The position numbers and the translations under genes were made by a program. The notes below the pieces were generated by a model. The model was not told the DNA's origin. It saw nothing but the letters and a program-made list of their open reading frames with translations, and ran no database searches. Shown here piece after piece: positions 26,244 to 39,800 of a stretch of DNA of 64,000 nt (position 1 is the first letter of the stretch; each line of letters starts with the position of its first letter). The stretch lies in NCBI GenBank assembly GCA_047967505.1, contig CM106538.1; one strand, 5' to 3'. Origin of the DNA: Dipteris shenzhenensis. Taxonomy: Eukaryota.

Positions 26244-29050
26244 CCTACTACATCTAGCTCACCAAAATGCAAGAAAAAGATGTCTAACAAACTCATTGCA
26301 TCATATATACTTAGAAAACAAAAACAAACTAGATCCACCAATGCACTCACCAGACACACTATTGGCTCTCCTTTTTCTTTGTTTTTCCTCTTCATAGTCT
26401 TCAACTAGCAACATTTTTTGCTTCTTTAGCTACTTCTTGTTTGTGAGGGTCCTCCTACCTCTTCACACCTCCTCTTCCACTTCAAGTTGACCTTTGGTTT
26501 AGCATGCTTATGCTGGTCTTTTATCATAGTGTCCTTTGGTCCTTCAATTCATCCTATTAAGAAAATTGAACTCTGCCCATTGGTCCTTTAGCTTAGTATC
26601 CTTTGGTTAAGTTGCCATTTCATTTAACATGTGCATTTTGACTCATGGGTTCAATGTCTTCCTTCATGCGATGGTCAAAGTGACTCATTGTTTTCAAGTA
26701 GGTGCATTTCAAAAGTGATTTCAAAGAGCACTCTCTTTCACTCAAATTCACACAAGGAATCTCATATACTTCTTTTATTTTTTTGTGATAACTTTGAAAT
26801 CAGAGTGAACTTCATAGACTTTGGGATTCAAAACTTATATCCCACAATCCAAGAAATCCAATTCTACCACATTGTAATTCCAAGATGATTTGCTAAAGTT
26901 ATGGTGTTTGGTCCTACTAATGGCACCTATCCCCTCCACTTGTTCCAGAAAGATAGGATTATTTGTGATAAGTTGTTCATATTCATCAACCTTTGAGAGG
27001 TGGTATTGGTGGGGATCAAAGCAATTATGTAGCCACCCATATATTGATCAAGGATACAATAGATCAAGAAAAATTATCAAGACCTTTCAAGCATACATAT
27101 CATGGGTATTCTCTTCGTTGGAATTCAGCTCAGATATCAACAAGCAAGCAAGATGTAGACTCTAAACCTTGCATATGCAAGTCATTTTGTCTCCCTTATT
27201 TTCAAATATAAATCTACAATATTGAGTCAAGCATATAAACAGATGTTGAACAACAACTCTATGATCAGATGATGGCAAACCCAAAGACAACACAAATGTT
27301 GCAATCCACCCTAAATTCTCATATTTAACTCACCCTTTATTGCAAAGAGGTACGAGGCACACAAGCATTGAGAATTTTGCTACAAGGCTCTTACAATAGG
27401 ATAGATATAAAGCATTCCTATAACATAGATCTCATCGCCTTTCTTTCTCTTACACATAGAGCATGTCTACAACATAGATCATGGCTCATCACCACTTGTT
27501 TTTCTAATTTCTCAATTTGATGCCTATTTCATTAATCTTACCTTTCTTAGCATCGTCTCTTGTTGCCTTTCACAACCCAATTTTCAGATATGAAGCATCA
27601 TGTCCCTTCAAGCTATTCTTAATGCAAGTGAGTCTCTTAACGTTTGCCTTCCTTTAATAGATTCTCACATCTCATCTACAATCTCAACGATCCTGCTCAA
27701 TTGTGCGAGTCATATATCGTGACTGACTTTTTTCTTCTTGTCCTTCTAACAATCATGTGGATGGTTGGTGCATCTTATAGTACAACCACATGCTCTCAAA
27801 AGCCCAAACATAGGTGACAATGGTTCCCAAGGTGTTCTATTGGGTGTTAAGGAAATGGATAGCCAAGGTATTCTACTAAGCGTTGAGGAAATGGATACCC
27901 TATAATAGTGGGAAAATTTTGATGCAATACATTAGGTACAACATTATCTTGGCCTTGAACATCCTGAATTTGGAGATTGAATGTGAAAAGAAAGTCTACC
28001 CATCGCATATGCTTTTCTTGAATTAGGAATAGTATTAAAAATATTGAATATGCTAATGATGTATATGTATATGCTTTTCTTGAATAAGGAAATACTATTA
28101 AAAATAATTGAATATGCTAATGATGTATATGTATATCTATATGTATGTAATGTACATCTACATGTATGTAATGAATTTAGCACCCAAAAAATATTCTTCT
28201 AAGTTTCAAATCATGGATAATTACAAAAAAATTTGCATTGCCTTTTACGCAAGGCTAATTAAAGACCAAGTGTCAAGCCTATTGGGATTGCAAGGGTAGG
28301 GGAAAGCAAAGCTGCATGTGCCTCCTAGCTAACTATCGAATGGAGAAAATGCGATAGGAGGAAGTAGATAGGATCTAGTACTCACATGAGGGACCTATTT
28401 TGTACGTTTGATGTAACACGCATAATAATAAGAAGAAAGAGATCATATTGGTCCATTCTCCTCAACTAAAGCAAATGGTACTTTCAATGAACTAAAGAAT
28501 CATAGCTTGTCAGTTGTACAAAAAACCTTTGTTGCATGTACAATGCAAGTTTCTTTAAAATCTTTGGCAAGGATACCCTTACTATGCTACCACTTGATAT
28601 CGCATGAAGAGCTCAAACGACTAAATGCAAAGAGTAACTATTGGGGGGGAAATGACATCACTTGTGACGTATAATTGGATATTGTCAAACCAGAGCTTGC
28701 CAAGAAGGCTAAGGGAAGAGCTTGGTCATTCCTCATCCTCTTGGGATGGCTTCCCTGCTTCTTGAAATCAAAGACTTGCTTGCTTTTGAATTGCCTAGGA
28801 TACTTAAAAAGCATAGCTTTTGGGTAAAGGCTTCTTCCTTCTATGTTTTTTGTCCAAGGAGTTGCTTAGTTGTGCCCTTATATGTGTTTCAGCTTTGGCA
28901 ATAGTGTTTCTGTGGAGTCCTTCACTTAGTATTAGTGCATTTATTTTTCATGGGAGTCCAGTATGGGGTTACATTTTTAATGCCACCAAGATGGTTGCAT
29001 GGTGCCCCTAATTGCCTTCCATGTTCACTGGGAATGCTTTACTTCCCCCC

Positions 29051-30152
29051 CTACCTGCCTCTCTAAAACTTCATCAAAAGAGCGTGGATCCTTTGAAATC
29101 AGCAAGGGAGGAGTCTGATCTACTAGACATGCATTTACTACATGAATCATATCTAGGCCATGAAAATTCAACCCTTTCTTAATAGTTGCTTTATTATAAT
29201 GAGTATTTCCATGACATCTACAAATCTTGTGCCATCTAAATTCTAATAGTTTTAATAAATAATCTAATCAAAAGGAGGGCTAAGGCTAGGAAGATATCTG
29301 CCTCTACCCGCCTCTCTAAAACTTCATTAAAAGAGTGTGGATCCTTTGAAATAATCAAGGGAGGAGTCTAATCTACTAGACATGCATTTACTACATGGAT
29401 CATACCTAGGCCATGCAAATTTAACCCTTTCTTAACAATTGCTTTATTATAATGATGATACCACACTTGGGGGGAAGGAGATGTATGATGGCAAAATGAG
29501 ATAGGAGAGGTTGCTTTACACAAAGATGCAAGTAGTTCCACATCTATAAATCATGTGCCATCTAAATTCCAATAGTTCTAATAAAGAATTTAATCAAAAG
29601 GAGGGCTAAGGCTAGGAAGATAACTTGGTGAATATGAAGGAGATAGATAAGTCTTTTATGCAAGACAATCTAGACATTCCAAATCTGATGAAGTGCTCAT
29701 GTTGGGGTAAAGTGGCATTCTAAGAAAAGGATGTGTGGAAAGGTCGAACTTTGCTCTTTCACTTGGTTCTTGTCTTGCACAGTATGTATCTAGCTAGCAA
29801 TGGAAGATAACAATACCATTGGTTTATGATCACTATAATACTTCAAAAGCTATATGTATGATTTTCTCCCACCTTGATCTTTCTTAAATAGTAGCAATGG
29901 GCTGAATCAGGCACTCATACTGGGGCAGAAGGACACATTCATTAATGAGCTAACGATGCATTCTAAAAAAGAGAACAAGGGTGGAAAAGTTTATCTTTAC
30001 TCTTTTGATTGGTTCTTCCCTTCCAAATCATGTATCTAACTATCAATTAAATATGACAATACCTTTGGTATGTGATCCCTTGATATTTCAAAAGCTATAT
30101 GTGATTTTCTCCCACCTTTAAGTTGATCTTTCTTGAATTGTGGCAATAGACT
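29051..30152. repeat. Two adjacent tandem duplications (29051-29296/29303-29622 and ~29717-29905/29959-30152)
   Basis: First pair shares GCCTCTCTAAAACTTCAT...AAAAGGAGGGCTAAGGCTAGGAAGATA, and copy 2 has about 75 bp extra. Second pair shares TTCAAAAGCTATATGT...TTGATCTTTCTT. Confidence 0.85.
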
Positions 30153-30760
30153 GGATATTATAAAGTGGCTGAAGTATAAAGAGGGACATGTGTCATTACT
30201 TCTTCCACTCACAGTGGTATCTCTTCCATTCCATCTAGGATGCTATTGTAGTCAAATGCATCCTCATGTCCAGCTCGAATCATTAGCATATCGTCATGCA
30301 TGACCCTTTTCATCTCTTCAATCTCATTCATAATATGACCTTGTTCATCTTTTGAAACCTCATTCATAATATGACTTGAAAATGTTCAAAAAATATTCAT
30401 AAACATCCTTATATTATGCCTCATCTTGTTGCTTCTCCCTTATCATAGACCTTGGTATTAGAATTGTAGCTTGACATTCTAAAATCAATTTCAAGTTTCT
30501 CTTGAAATCGATCTATGTTAGATTAGCATAAAAGTCATGTTTTGTGGTTGCTTGGTTGCTAGTCGATGTCATCTAACATCATAGTTAAAGCTCGAAGTGA
30601 AGGTGCAAGTAGTTCAAAAAAGATCATTTCCCAAATGTGTGCCCCATAATCCATTGAAAGCTACTCCACTCCAGATTCAAAGTATGATAAAGGCAACCCC
30701 AACTAAGTCTCAATAGTAAGCTAAAATGGTTGTACATTTTAGCATACACCTAAATTAAAT

Positions 30761-31659
30761 TCCCCTTAAGATTAATTTTACATAAATATAATTCATCATA
30801 ATACTCCTAACCCTAATGGGATGAGAATGAGACTCATTCCTCATTATAAACAATTTTGATATGAGTTGTGTAGACAACACAAAAAGGAGCATGCACTAGA
30901 GAAAACAACTTGTGATTTAGAGGAATGGGTAGGGTATTTCAACATAAATGATAAATAAGCCATAAGCTATTTTGCTGTTGCTATGCGCATATGAAATTAG
31001 TGTGAACAAGCAATTATAGGCCAATATAGGTTGAATTTGACCTAGAATAACTTTGGGGTTTTAAAAATCTTGCTCCAATTGTGAGGAAATCCTTCTCCAT
31101 TGTGCCTAATTTCTATACAAGTCTATAAGCAGTTGACCAAAGTGTAGTGCTTAATAGTTAATCCTACACTAGATTAAACTATGCTCAGCATATGTTTGAA
31201 ATGGCCTTACATCATAGCTTCATACACCTTCCCCTTAAGCTTAATTTTACATAAACATCATTCATCATAATACTCCTAGCCCTAATGGGGTGCGCATGAG
31301 ATTGCATCCCTCACAATCAACAATTTTGATATTAGTTGTGCAGAACACAACAAGGAGCATGCACCAGAGCAAACAATTTGTGATTTGGAGCAATGGTCTG
31401 TGAGTTTCAATAGAAATTGCAAATAAGCCATAAGCTATTTTGCTCTCACTCTGTGCACATGAAATTAGTGTGAGCAATAAATTATAGGCCAATATAGGTT
31501 AAGTATGACTTAGAATGTTTCAAAAAGAAATCCTTCTTCATTGTGTCCAATTTCTATACAAGTATGTAGTGGTTGACCACATTGTAGTGCTTTAATAGTT
31601 AATCCTACACAAAATAAAACTACACTCCGCATATGTTCTAAAGGCCTTAAATCATAGCT
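30761..31659. repeat. ~469-bp tandem duplication
   Basis: TCCCCTTAAG.TTAATTTTACATAAA at 30761 and 31230; shared AAATAAGCCATAAGCTATTTTGCT and TTAATAGTTAATCCTACAC. Confidence 0.9.
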
Positions 31660-32340
31660 CAAGTAGCTTTGTATCTCCCTCAACACATGAAGACGTACTC
31701 ACAAATTGTATTGAAGGTGTTGGCACCAGAATTAGACAAGGAAAGTCATATAAACATATAAACATCCTAGATAGGTGACTAGGTGAGCAACCATGTTGGC
31801 GGGTAAACTAGTACATGACTAGGCTGAGGGTGATTTGATACCAGCCTGGCGTGTCCTAGTAAATCTAGTATATGACCACATGCAACATCTTGACACACCT
31901 AACATCATTAGATGATTAGTTACCACATTATGTTGACAAGTCATCCTATTAGATGATAACATGCACATACATGTTATCTAAATGAGAATCTACTAAATCA
32001 TAGCCAGTGATGAACATGTGTGAGACATGTCAGATAAAGGATTTCACACGTACACATGGGTCAATATATGGATAAAAAGAAATAAAATGATGATACAATG
32101 AGGTGTATTGCTAGGGAAACCAATAAAATAACAATAGAGTTTTAAGGTAGGGAGGGTGTACGTGCACATGCCCACACACACACACATAGGGAGGGTGTAC
32201 GTGCACGTGCCCTCCCCCCACACACACACGCGCACATGCAAGCATGCACGCATGAACGCACACACGCACGTACACACACGTGCATGTGCATGCATGCACA
32301 TATGTAATCGTTAAACCATGATTCATGCACATTGCATAAG

Positions 32341-32848
32341 CTTCGTCAAATTCATGCAAGGATACTTTTGCACTTCTTTACCTTTCTTTACAAGTTAAAG
32401 GAGTGAGTATAGCCATAGTATAAAGCCCCAAACATAAGCGTCCTACTCTTATGGCCAATGGGAATGCTATTGTATAGTCCACTTCTTAAGTACATGTTTG
32501 TTTGGACATGGCCTATTCAATTCTTCTTCAAATTTATGCAAGGATACTTTTGCACTACTTTACGTTTCTTTACAAGGTAATGAAGTAAAGGACTCCATAG
32601 TCTAAAGCCCTAATAAGAGTCCTACTGTCATGGCCAATTGGAATGATAGTGTATAGTCCGCTTATTGTATAAGCTTCTTCAAATTTATGCAAGGATACTT
32701 TAGCACTACTTTACCTATATGTACAAGGTAATTGAGTATATAAAGCCATACTATGAAGTCCCCAATATAGCGTCCTTGTCTTATGGCCAATTGGAATGCT
32801 AATGTATAGTGCACTTCTTAATAGTTGTCTAACATGGCCTATTCCAAT
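32341..32848. repeat. Three diverged ~150-180-bp tandem copies
   Basis: CTTC.TCAAATT.ATGCAAGGATACTTT at 32341, 32523 and 32674. Confidence 0.88.
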
Positions 32849-33849
32849 GTACATAAATAATGAGGGTTAATTTTTTACAATGAATTTATTAGTATTAAAT
32901 GCCTTCATAAAAGCTACTTTTCCATAAAGAATAAAGTTGTTTTCATGTTTGGTGCATGATAACAAGAATGTCCCCTAATATTACATTTTGGCAAAAACTT
33001 GTTACAACGTTTCATAAAGTTTTTCACAGTTTTTAACTCACAACACGTGCAATGGACCGGTCTGATATTCTCTTTGCAAATTATGTGATTAAAGTTTAAA
33101 AGAAGCCCTTATGATTATCATAAGAAAAGTCATTGTCTATGCTATGAAAAGTCAAAGCGCATGGGAACTAAGCTTCATTGATTACCAAACTTTATGAGTA
33201 CAGAATTGTGCAAAGAGTGCAAATTTGTTTAATTATAGGAACTATAAAACTCTTCTAGTATACTATTTTTGCATCTAAGTAGACATTTTTGGCGAATGTA
33301 ATAATCTTATGTAGGAGGGATCATAAAACCACCATGTGGGTGTCTTGGAGCCAAGAATGTTGGAATCAAGGGACATTAATGCAACCTTTTTTAGAAACAA
33401 GAAAGTTTGCTCAATGTTGTTGTGGAGATGTAAAGACCCAAATTACTTTTTTGAGTTAGAATTATGATGTAATGTGACGTTATTTCCCATTCTTTTGTAG
33501 AATATCTCTCCATGGGAGACAAAACACCTTCTATTTCTATGAGCATATGATTACCAAATCTTATAACACTTTGTGGGTGATGATCACATGCTTTTAGAGT
33601 AAGAGACACTTGGGGAAAACCATGTTCTCCTCGAGGGTAGCCCTTTGGTAGACCTAGGAAAACTTTGTGAAGGGTGAAGCAAGCTCAACTTGTATTCTCG
33701 AGGGTTATGATATCATGCGGCATCTTCAAAGAATGCCTTTTGTAATGCGAGATTAAAAAAATGTGGATTCTCATGAAATCCTTGTAAAATAAGGAATATG
33801 TAGAATGATTAGAGCATTTTTGTATTGGACTTGGAGCGTGTGAAAACGT

Positions 33850-36762
33850 TAGGAAATCGGTTGTGGTGGTCAAATCGTACAGTCTCTTGGGAGGCAAATT
33901 GCTTGCGAGGAGAAAGGAATAAGGAACATGTAATAAGAAGGAATAAAATCCGGATTCCGGAGCAACAAAAAGATCCCACGAGGAATTGAGTATGAGAGAG
34001 GTGATTAAGGCTTGGTTGTCCTGAATTGTGGGAATCTCAGAGCACAATTACTAAAAAGCGAAGATTTGCAGTGAAGGGGGAGATATTGATGCAAGAAAGC
34101 ATGTCAACGTTGGCAGAAGAGGCAAGTACACGCAGGGCAAGAGGACAAAGGAAGAGGCAAGGGATCACGTGAGAGAAGCCGCTGTGCATTTTGTGGTGAA
34201 GAGAGGAGCTTTATGGTGAAGTGAAAATGCCAGATAGGATCGCGGTCGTGCGTCACAGTTAAGGAGTCTTGTGTGGTAAACCTGTTTATGGGACGGGAAG
34301 TAACTGTGTTTTTGTGTACATAGTACATACATACAAGAGGAATGACTTGAGATGGACAAAGCCGGGCGCTGGGCTCTGGGCAGTTGATGGTATAATTACT
34401 TCAAAACAGCAGGCGAATTGTCCTCCGCCTCAGCTTCAGATTGTCCTTTACTATCAAAGACACTGCCAGAGTCACTGTGGTTATTTATTTGCTTGCAGGG
34501 GTCGCGGCTCTCGCCCCTGTTGCTTCCACGAGAGAACAGGTCCGTCGTCCATGTCACCATGACGGCTAATGGAATATATTCTGTGTTGGGCATCCGTGGA
34601 TTCGCTGTAAGACAGATTATGATGAATGTTGTTATGGGAAGGGTTGAAATTGGGCTGCTGCTGCCAAACGGAGGGGGTTGAGGCCACTTCTTCAGGGACG
34701 CGACATCACGATCCCAATTTTGTGTGTTGTCTGATAGCAATATCATAGTATAAGAGAATGAATTGATTTGGCGTGTGAGCCCCGGATGCCAGTGGCCACT
34801 CGTTGTGTCAAGTCAATCGTTGTCTATCGTTGTTGCCCGCCGTTGCCGTTGTTTGATCATCAAGCAAAGCTTTTGTGTTTCTGGGTCTTGTGTCCATGCT
34901 CGAGTGGCGGATGAGGGGGGTGGCGGTAGAGAAGCATAGTTGATTGATTGATTGACTGATTGATGTTTGATTGATTGTTTGATATGCTTAGAGATGTTTT
35001 GGATTTCCCTGTGTATGTAGAAGATACCAGCAGAGCAGATGCGCACAGTGTGGCCAGTGCCCACTTTGATTTTGGCAGTTTGGACTCCTTTGGAGTTCGT
35101 TTGAGTTGGCAAGAATCTTGATGATTAGGGAAGACTTGTGTGTGGGTGTTCCGATCGTGCTGTAGTGGGAGGAGGGGGCGGGGCATGGTAGCCGAAGGGG
35201 CAGCGAAAAGATGTGTGTGGAGAGACGTCAGTTGCAAAACGTAGCTTGAGCAAAATTGGATGCGGTCCAAGAATTTGTCCATGGGAGAGCAGTAGTGGGT
35301 GACTGGGCAGTCAAAAACCAGTCTAAACTCGAAGACGGTGATGATGATGAAGACGACCAGAAATGAAGCGGATCAATCTTGTGAAGCTGCCGGATTCTTG
35401 GTGTTAATAAAAAGCAAATAGAGTGGGGTAATCGGAGACTTGGGAAATGGAAGAGTCAAGACTCAAGACGCCTGCTACGCACACCCAAATGCAATCCCTC
35501 GCCAGAGATATGATTTACTAGAGTCTTCATAGCTGCTTGGCTTAACCACGGTCACATTTGATGATCTATCTCACGGATTCTCACCTTTACCTGGTTTGCT
35601 TCAACATGTTCAAACTCTAAACACTAACTATGGCAAATAGGGAAGGCTAAAAGGAGTGTTTAGGTAGACAAAAAAGGAAACATTATATGACGAAACAAAA
35701 AGGAAACTTGAAGACAAGGTAAAACGTTGTGGAGAGATCTAAACGTTAGTGGGTTGGGTGCATAGCACTAGGTGCTCCTAACTTAATTAGCTGTAGGAGC
35801 TCTAAGGAAAAGGTCGAGATGAAGCGAATGTTGTTGGGCACATGCTCGTCAGAGGTAACCACGCAGTTGGGTTCAGGTATCTACAATACCAGCCAGTCTG
35901 AAAACGAGGAAACGGCAAAGGCGGAAAAGGAGGCTTGGGAAGGAAGGCTGAGGGCGGGCCAGGGAAGAGGGGGGGGGGGGGAAACAACAAAAGATGCAAA
36001 ATATATTTTGAGTGAATATAAATAAGAAACGGCAGTGATGATCACGACAATGGGCTGGCTGGACTCGGCCTTTGCTGGGCGCGCTGCTGCCCACTATCGG
36101 ACTACGTGCAAGCGCCAAACTGGCCCAGGGGAAGCCACTAAAAACACAGGCGGAAAAGGAGTGCCACTAAAACTCCAAGCACTACTAAAGTAGAAGGGGG
36201 CTCCAGAAAAGCGGAACGAGGAAGGCGGATACGATATGATGGGATGGAGGGGCTAGGGAACCTACAAAGGGTGGCTTTTAGATCGAATGAGAGCAAGAGA
36301 TCTGAGGGATAGATTCATGCTATGCTCTGCTTGGGTGACTTGTCCAATGCCTCTCTTCTCTCACTCTCTTTGTCTGTGCCAGAGTCCTCATCAACTAAAA
36401 GCTTTGGCAGAACTGCTGTTTTGCTTCGTCTTCTTCTTTCTCTGAATTCTCTGATTCAACGGCTGTTCTCTGCTCACACACTAGCTTGTAGCTTGCCGAC
36501 TTCATCATCATCTTCCCCTCAACCTTTCTCTCCATTTACTTACCCCCGCCCCCCCCCCTTTCCCCTCCATTGCTCCTCCTCCAGCCTCCTGCTTCTCCTC
36601 CTGCCGCTCTTCCCATGCTCCCATGAAGCTCCTCCCCTCGCAGGGGCTTCCTCCCCCCTGCCTCTCCATCCCCCCTCCCTCCTAACTCCCCCCCCCCCCC
36701 CTCTCCTGAATCTCCCCTTCTTTCCCCCTTTTGGCCTTCCTTCTCCATCCCGCTCTTTTGAG
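33850..36762 (+). promoter_or_regulatory. Putative promoter / 5' leader of the HD-ZIP III gene
   Basis: About 3 kb that retains CpG and lacks TE motifs, directly upstream of the gene, with a pyrimidine-rich leader at 36340-36760. TSS cannot be determined. Confidence 0.55.
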
Positions 36763-36813
36763 ATGCTGGATACCGCTTGTGACGATCAGATCTCTGTTTA
36801 CAGTAGCAGACAT

Positions 36814-39800
36814 ATGGCCACCACGGGCGGGAGGGAGTCCAATAAAGGCGCTTTGGACTCGGGCAAATATGTGCGCTACACCGCCGAGCAGGTCCAGGCG
36901 CTTGAACGTCTCTACAACGAGTGCCCCAAGCCCAGCTCGCTCCGCCGGCAGCAACTCATCAGAGAATGCCCCATCTTGCAAAATATAGAGCCCAAGCAAA
37001 TCAAAGTGTGGTTCCAGAATCGACGGTATGCGCATTGCAATACATGGCTCCGGATTGCCTTTCTAACGCATGTCGCCATATCGGGCTACTTCTCTCCTCG
37101 ATCGGGTGCCAATGTACTTGGCTCGCAGCTCGTGCTGTTTGCGTATGCGATCGGTCTTGTGCTATTCAGAGGAGAATGTGCTGACCCGCAGTACTTGTGC
37201 AGGTGTCGGGAGAAGCAACGGAAAGAGTCGAGCCGTCTGCAAACCGTGAACCTGAAGCTCACAGCAATGAACAAGCTTCTCATGGAGGAGAATGATCGTT
37301 TGCAGAAACAAGTGGCTCAGATGCTGTATGAGAACGGTTATCTCCGTCAACAATTGCAGCACGTACGTCGCTCATTCCAAAAATTTTCATACGATTGTAG
37401 TCAGAGATGGCTACACGAAGCTTCGCCCTGCTAGGAATGTGCTGAGAAAGGTCGTCAAGGCCTGCCTTCGTTAGTGGGCGAAACCTGCAAGTTCCTGCTA
37501 GCAAGCTAGATTTTTGATATCTTCATGTAGATTTTGTTCATACCGATAGCGGAGAACAAGTTCGGAGTCCAGCTCATAAGCTACATTTTGTCGCTTCGAA
37601 AATCGTTAAACCCAGCAGGATCTCTTGTCCCGATAGAGGGGATTATAGAACCGTCTTTAGTTTGCGTTGAGTGCACTTGATAGTCCGGACAGTGGGTGCG
37701 TTCTAGTCCTGACGCTGGTCCAAAGAATTCTATGAAATGTTCTTTCTCGGAATTGGTCTATAGATAGTTCTGTGACCGCTTTGCTTTTTGTTCTCCGGTT
37801 TGATCGCAGGGTGGCATAACAACGGACACCAGTTGTGATTCTGTTGTTACGAGTGGGCTGCAACATCTGCCGACTCCCCAACAGTCACCGCATGATGCCA
37901 CTTATTCAGGGTCTGTTCTTGTAGTTTTGTACAACATTTTGGCGTTTGATCTCTTGTTGTTGCCTGTTACCTTTGAATGCTCATCTTTTAAAGCGTTTTG
38001 TTTCCTTTGTTTCTCGTTGTAGAATCCTCTCTCTCGCTGAGGAAGCACTCGCAGAGTTTCTTGGGAAGGCAACAGGAACAGCTGTTGACTGGATCCAGAT
38101 CCCTGGGATGAAGGTAGGCGGAAGGTTTTGCGAGTGTTCAAATCAGTGTGGATGTTCGTCCGTCTACCCTGTCATGGCTGAACTTCCTCGTGTTTTCTTG
38201 TCGTGGCAGCCTGGTCCGGACTCGACTGGAATGGTCAATATTTCACATGGTTGTGCTGGGGTAGCTGCACGAGCTTGCGGGCTTGTGAGCTTGGAACCAG
38301 CCAGGGTAACGATCGGGAAGCTTACAAATTCCTCTGTGGATCGTTTGAACGTTGTAGTTTCCTGTGCAAAATCTATTTTTGTGCGCTTTTAACCGATTGT
38401 TCACGCTCATTTCTAACTTTCCCCGTGATCCAGGTTGTGGAAATCCTGAAGGATAGACCCTCCTGGCATCGCGACTGCCGCCGTCTCACAACCATGTTTG
38501 CTAATTCTACTGCCAATGGAGGCACTATCGAGGTGCTCTACATGCAGGTTTGCATACCGGACGATTTTGAAACGACGTAAATTGTCTCAATCCAATCTGG
38601 TTGGGTGGCGAATGTTTTACAACATCAAGAGCAAACCGCGCTTGCACGATAACTTTACATGAAGTTTATCTCATCTGTGTACAGATGTATTTTGACATCC
38701 AGAACTAACCCTTCCTTGCACGGTAACTTACGTGAAGTCTACTTGCTCGCGTACAGATGTATGCGCCCACTACTCTCGCACCAGCGAGGGATTTCTATAC
38801 TTTGAGATACACTTCGATGCTGGAAGATGGGAGCTACGTGGTAAGGCGTCCGACGCCATAAATGTTGAATGCTGCTGCCAGCATTGTAGTTCCGTGCTGA
38901 TTTGCAAGTTTTAGGAAATCTGCTTGGAGTTGATATTTTTTCTCCAGATGTTTAAGCTCTAGAAAATCCACCTCTCTAGATGTTTGGGAGTCGATTTCAT
39001 CTGTACCGGAGCTAACTTCAACAGGAAAACTTGGTTTGTCCAGATTTGCGAGCGTTCGATGAATAGTGCACATGGTGCGCCCATCGCTCCTCAAATGCAG
39101 TCCTTCGTGAGGGCGGAGATGCATTCCAGCGGGTGCTTGATCCGGCCTTGTGAAGGAAGTGGATCGATTGTTATAATTGTGGATCATATGGATCTGGAGG
39201 TACTGTTTGCCTCTTCACTCTCTCACCCAGTGTAGTAGAGCAGGCTCTTCATCGTCCTTCGAACATTGAAATGCTGTTGCCTGTGCAGCCATGGACTGTC
39301 CCCGAAGTTCTGCGTCCCCTCTATGAGTCTTCTGCTGTGCTTGCTCACAAGGCTACCATAGCGGTATATCATGCATTATCTTGTTCGCTGCACAGATTCT
39401 CATACCTCTTCATCTCTCATCAATCTGCGCATGTACTTCAATGACCTGACTCCGGAATATCTCGGATTTACCCCCGCAGGCATTACGACACCTCAGGCAT
39501 GTAGCTCATGAAGCCGTTGTGGAAGCTCCTTGCGGTGGACAACAGCCAGCTGCCGTACTGCGGTCGCTCAGCCACAGGCTTGCCAAGTGCGTTGCGATTT
39601 TAGTTTATGTACATTGTGGCAAGCATTCAAATCCGCATGCAATCGAGAGCTGCTCCAGTTAGTGTTCGAGGGCTTACAGATTCATCCCTCGATCCCAATT
39701 CTAGCTCGTTTGCATGCTAGAATATGAAATCATGATCAAGCGCGATGATTGTTGCTGATTAGTGACGGACAAAGCAACCCATCACTCGTTTGGCTGACTT

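Noticed and set aside
26820-26900. Minus-strand LDCGI*VL resembling the Ulp1/C48 protease catalytic motif
   Set aside because: Too short and degenerate; the upstream His-Trp and Gln motifs were not found.
36322-37434. 370-aa ORF taken as the real single-exon protein
   Set aside because: It reads through a pyrimidine-rich leader, intron 1 and into intron 2. The conserved 18-exon model explains the homology better.
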